A DNA stretch of 10,936 nucleotides from Promethearchaeota archaeon (GTDB lineage Archaea > Asgardarchaeota > Lokiarchaeia > Sigyniarchaeales > SOKP01), in assembly GCA_048938855.1 (NCBI GenBank), contig JBHLLT010000052.1:1-10936 (forward strand), read 5' to 3'. The notes beneath the pieces were generated by a model. The model saw only the letters and a program-made list of their open reading frames with translations, had not been told where the DNA came from and searched no databases. Each line of letters starts with the position of its first letter. Positions within the stretch are counted from its first letter, which is position 1. A program made the translations under genes and the position numbers. Positions 7,485 through 10,936 of this stretch are shown one piece after another.

Positions 7485-7979
7485 ATGAATGAAGAATTTC
7501 AAGATCATCAAATTAGAGATGTAATTCGGATAAACTATAAATATACAATGGGAGGTCAATCTAAGTTTTTCATAGAATTAATGAACAATAAAAAGCTGTT
7601 AGGTACAAAATGTACTAAATGTGGAAAAACTTGGATGCCTCCTAGAATTAATTGCTCCGATTGCTATGCATCAGCAGATTGGGTAGAACTTAAGCAAACT
7701 GGAACGATAGAAGTTAGTACAATAGTATGGTATACAACATCAGCTTTTATTAAGGCAATTCCTTATGGGGTAGGTTTTATAAAACTTGATGGTGCGGAAA
7801 CTGCATTACTTCAAGGTATTTTCTCTGAAAATTTGGTTCCTTCAAAAATAAAAAAGGGGAAAAAAGTAAAGGCTGTTTTCAATAAAGAGAGAGAGGGTAA
7901 AATGACGGATTTTTTCTTCGTTCCCGAAGATGAATATGAGAATTGGATTTCAAAACCAGAATATGAAGGAGGAAAATAA
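7485..7979 (+). CDS. DUF35 family Zn-ribbon/OB-fold protein (thiolase partner, acyl-CoA binding)
   Basis: 164 aa. LLGTKCTKCGKTWMPPRINCSDC Zn ribbon, WVELKQTGTI, PYGVGFIKLDGA, G.KVKAVF. Starts 2 nt after the thiolase stop. Confidence 0.92.
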   Translation: MNEEFQDHQIRDVIRINYKYTMGGQSKFFIELMNNKKLLGTKCTKCGKTWMPPRINCSDCYASADWVELKQTGTIEVSTIVWYTTSAFIKAIPYGVGFIKLDGAETALLQGIFSENLVPSKIKKGKKVKAVFNKEREGKMTDFFFVPEDEYENWISKPEYEGGK

Positions 7980-7981
7980 TA

Positions 7982-8353
7982 ATGGGGCAAGCAAAAGAAA
8001 GTTTGAGCCATATTATTGAGAAATTAAACACGATTCCAAAAGCACAAGCAGTTTTTGTTACAAATATCTCAGGAAAAGATGTTGATTGGGAAATGTCATT
8101 TCAATTTAACCTTAATAATGAAAATCCATTTTTTCTTGAAATCAAAAACAGAAAAATTTTGATATCTGATGGTTCTAAATCTGATGCTATAATTGTTATG
8201 TTAGGGGATCCTCAGGCTATTGTGAGAATTTGCGAAGGAAAAGGAGATTTTACACATGCCATTTCACGTGAACAAATAACTGTAGAAAAAGGAAAGGTAA
8301 TGGATGTAATACGTTTTACAAGAGCAATTACAATTGCATTAAAAACAAAATAA
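7982..8353 (+). CDS. SCP2 sterol/lipid-binding domain protein
   Basis: 123 aa. Pattern QFNL...FFLEIKN..I.ISDG...DAIIVM...AIVRICEGKGDFTHAISREQITVEKG fits the SCP2 fold. GGAGG at 7968-7972, 2-nt gap after the DUF35 stop. Confidence 0.72.
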   Translation: MGQAKESLSHIIEKLNTIPKAQAVFVTNISGKDVDWEMSFQFNLNNENPFFLEIKNRKILISDGSKSDAIIVMLGDPQAIVRICEGKGDFTHAISREQITVEKGKVMDVIRFTRAITIALKTK

Positions 8354-8428
8354 ACAAATCTTTCTTATTTTTTATTGGTTTTTAGTTATTTTAAAAGATA
8401 AAAAGAACAAGACGAGAATTTTAGTTAA
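8354..8428. terminator. Probable bidirectional oligo-T terminator region between convergent operons
   Basis: TTTCTTATTTTTT at 8361-8373 on +. TTCTTTTTATCTTTT on - at about 8407-8393. Confidence 0.5.
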
Positions 8429-10258
8429 TTATGTTTCAGAACTTTTAGAAATGCTAATATGTTTCTCATGCCAATCCAGACTTTGGTGTTCAAAATATTG
8501 TTTATACAATTTACCATATTTTCCACCTTTGGCAAGTAGAGATTCATGAGTACCTTCTTCAATTACTTTCCCTTTTTCCATAACAATTATTCGATCAGCA
8601 GTAAGAACAGTCGAGAGTCGATGAGCTATGATAATAGATGTACGTTCAGATAATAGAACTTCAAGTGCTTCTTGGATTAATGCTTCTGTATAGGCATCTA
8701 CACTTGATGTGGCTTCATCAAGGATAAGGATATTTGGGTTTAATAAAAGTGCCCGAGCAAAACTAATAAGTTGCTTTTGCCCAGCAGAAAGACCTCTTCC
8801 TCTCTCCCCAATTTCAGTTTGCAATCCACCTGGTAAGTATGCAATTAACTCTTCAGCATGTACGGTTTTAATAGCATTCAATAAATCTTCTTCTGATGCA
8901 TCTCTTCTTCCGTAACGGATATTTTCTTCTATTGTCCCAGAAAATAGAAATACATCTTGATGAACCATTCCAATATTTTTTCTATAGGAATCCAATTTGA
9001 TGTTTCGAATATCATACCCATCAATTTTGATAGAACCACCTTGGAATTCATAATAGCGAGATAAGAGTTTCACTAAACTTGATTTTCCAGCTCCGGTATG
9101 TCCCACTATAGCGAGTTTTTCTCCCTTTTCTATTCTTAGGTTTAAATCTTTGAATATCCATTCACCTTCTTTATAATAAAAATCCACATTATCAAAGACA
9201 ATTTCTCCTTCTAATTTCTTTACTTCAATAGCATTTGGATTTTGCTTTACTTCGGGTTCTGAATCTAGAATGTCTAGTATTCTTTCATATGCTGCCATAC
9301 CAGCACTTAGTTGAGGAAAAAAGAGAGCAACTACCATAATCGGACGAAAAAATCTCTGAAGATAAAGAATAAACATATAAATTGTCCCAGGATTAGTTAT
9401 TCCTTGAATTACAAATTGGCCACCATAATAGACTATAATCATTAGTGTAATTCCTGCTACTGTCTCAAGTAATGGTCTCCACATATGAGTGGTTGCAGTT
9501 AATTTAAATCCCGTTTTAAAATAATTTCTATTTGTCTCATTAAACTGCTCAGAAACCCTAGCTTCCTGGCCGTAACTTTTACATACCTGAATCCCTTCAA
9601 TTGATTCTACCATGGCTGCATTGATATTTCCTATAGATTTTCTATAACTCCTACTTACAATCCGAGCCAATTTTCTTAAAGAAAACATCAAAACAATTAT
9701 AATAGGAACAGAAGCTAAAGTAATAAGAGCTAATGTTAGGTTTAACCAAAGAAGAATACCAAAAGTTAAAATACTAATAAGAAAATTTCCCACTGTATCA
9801 GTTATTAAGATGGTTGTGTTACCAAAATCTAAAGCATCATTAGCAACTCTCGAATTTAATCTACCACTTTCAAATTTATCAAAGAAACTCATATCTTGCT
9901 CTTGTAATTTATCAAAAATATCCATGCGGAGAATATCAAGAAAGAATGGAGCAAACTTACCAATTTCTCTTCTTTGTAGAAAAAACATTATCCATATGAG
10001 TATCGATAAAATAATATATGTTAATCCTGCACCCATAGCTAAAAATATATTTGGATTCAATTTGGATAACTCATCAATAGCAAATCCCACCAATAGAGGA
10101 TTAATAATTTCTGCTATTGCTGATATTAAAACAAATAAGGAAATAAGCATTATATTTCTTTTAAACTGAGTTACACGTTTTATATAACGAACAAATAGCT
10201 CCCGATCTGAATATTTCCTTTTAATTTGTTCGCTATTTATTCCAGAATAAATACCCAC
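8429..10258 (-). CDS. ABC exporter half-transporter (TMD+NBD), subunit B of a heterodimer (TM287/288, TmrAB-like)
   Basis: 609 aa. N-terminal multi-helix TMD, Walker A GHTGAGKS, Q-loop VHQD, non-canonical signature LSAGQKQ, Walker B ILILDEATS, H-loop IAHRL. GTG start with GAGGTG (10273-10268) 9 nt upstream. Confidence 0.95.
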   Translation of the reverse strand: MGIYSGINSEQIKRKYSDRELFVRYIKRVTQFKRNIMLISLFVLISAIAEIINPLLVGFAIDELSKLNPNIFLAMGAGLTYIILSILIWIMFFLQRREIGKFAPFFLDILRMDIFDKLQEQDMSFFDKFESGRLNSRVANDALDFGNTTILITDTVGNFLISILTFGILLWLNLTLALITLASVPIIIVLMFSLRKLARIVSRSYRKSIGNINAAMVESIEGIQVCKSYGQEARVSEQFNETNRNYFKTGFKLTATTHMWRPLLETVAGITLMIIVYYGGQFVIQGITNPGTIYMFILYLQRFFRPIMVVALFFPQLSAGMAAYERILDILDSEPEVKQNPNAIEVKKLEGEIVFDNVDFYYKEGEWIFKDLNLRIEKGEKLAIVGHTGAGKSSLVKLLSRYYEFQGGSIKIDGYDIRNIKLDSYRKNIGMVHQDVFLFSGTIEENIRYGRRDASEEDLLNAIKTVHAEELIAYLPGGLQTEIGERGRGLSAGQKQLISFARALLLNPNILILDEATSSVDAYTEALIQEALEVLLSERTSIIIAHRLSTVLTADRIIVMEKGKVIEEGTHESLLAKGGKYGKLYKQYFEHQSLDWHEKHISISKSSET

Positions 10259-10936
10259 CTATTTTCCCACCTCAGAAGTTCTTTTAATTTTTAATTCAGG
10301 TAATGGTAACTGTTTTCCAAATATCCTTCTATAATCTTCTGAATTTAGTATTAAATCATTATGATTACCCTCTGCTATAATTTTTCCACGCTTTAATACA
10401 ACAATTTTATCAGAGTTTCTAATTGTGTGCAATCGATGAGTAATTATCAAAGTAGTTCTGTTTTTCAATATATTTTCCATAGCTCGACCAATTTTTTCCT
10501 CTGTTTCACTATCAACTGCAGAAACAGAATCATCAAGGATAATTATTTCTGGATCTGTTAGAAAAGCTCGAGCTATGGCAACTCGTTGTCTTTCTCCTCC
10601 GGATAATCTAGTACCCCTCTCGCCTATTATCGTATTATATTTTTCTGGAAATCGCTGAACAAAATCATCAACATACGCAATTTTAGCTACTTTCGTTATC
10701 TCCTCTTGATTTGCTTCTTGATTGCCAAACGCGATATTTTCATTTATAGAACGTGAAAACAGATAAATATCTTGTTCGATATAACCTATATGTTTTCTAA
10801 GTACTTGAAGAGGGTATTCTCGGATATCTACTCCATCTAATAAAATTGTTCCTTTTTGCGGTTCATAAAGACGTAAAATTAACTTTACTAAAGTTGTTTT
10901 TCCACAACCCGTAGGACCTACAAGAGCAACTCTCTG
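10259..10936 (-). CDS. ABC exporter half-transporter subunit A (NBD portion), 5'-partial
   Basis: The frame is open from the window end (QRVALVGPTGCGKTTLVKLILRLYEP...), with signature LSGGERQR, Walker B IIILDDSVSAVD and H-loop ITHRL. The 73-aa ORF in the track is only its C-terminus. Stop TAG. Confidence 0.95.
   Translation of the reverse strand, partial: QRVALVGPTGCGKTTLVKLILRLYEPQKGTILLDGVDIREYPLQVLRKHIGYIEQDIYLFSRSINENIAFGNQEANQEEITKVAKIAYVDDFVQRFPEKYNTIIGERGTRLSGGERQRVAIARAFLTDPEIIILDDSVSAVDSETEEKIGRAMENILKNRTTLIITHRLHTIRNSDKIVVLKRGKIIAEGNHNDLILNSEDYRRIFGKQLPLPELKIKRTSEVGK

Noticed and set aside
6503-8011. Short ORFs 6503-6715, 7248-7466, 7377-7559, 7811-8011
   Set aside because: They overlap well-supported thiolase/DUF35 genes in other frames or strands and have no recognisable motifs.
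8342-8353. Peroxisomal-type (SKL/AKL) C-terminal signal on the SCP2 protein
   Set aside because: The protein ends in LKTK, which does not match.
8709-10169. Plus-strand ORFs 8709-8915 and 9810-10169
   Set aside because: Antisense shadows of the ABC transporter.
10259-10480. 73-aa stand-alone ORF
   Set aside because: It is the C-terminus of an ABC NBD whose frame runs uninterrupted to 10936.

Overview
AT-rich (roughly 30% GC by eye), gene-dense archaeal DNA. The gene content points to an Asgard archaeon, probably Lokiarchaeia/Promethearchaeota (inference). Left to right: the 3' part of an N6-adenine DNA methyltransferase fused to a single HsdS-like target-recognition domain; a convergent, overlapping gene encoding only the N-terminal coiled-coil + OB domain of the proteasome ATPase PAN, with no AAA+ domain; a GNAT acetyltransferase; a long-chain acyl-CoA ligase with a Cys-rich insertion; a FabK/nitronate-monooxygenase-family flavoprotein; a coiled-coil + Zn-ribbon protein; a tightly coupled operon of thiolase-fold protein (canonical catalytic Cys absent) + DUF35 + stand-alone SCP2 domain; and a heterodimeric ABC exporter pair whose genes abut in frame (TAG-GTG). 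The best leads are the ATPase-less PAN-N protein and the 'split SCP-x'-like operon within a lipid/acyl-CoA neighbourhood. No rRNA, tRNA, CRISPR array or transposase was recognised.
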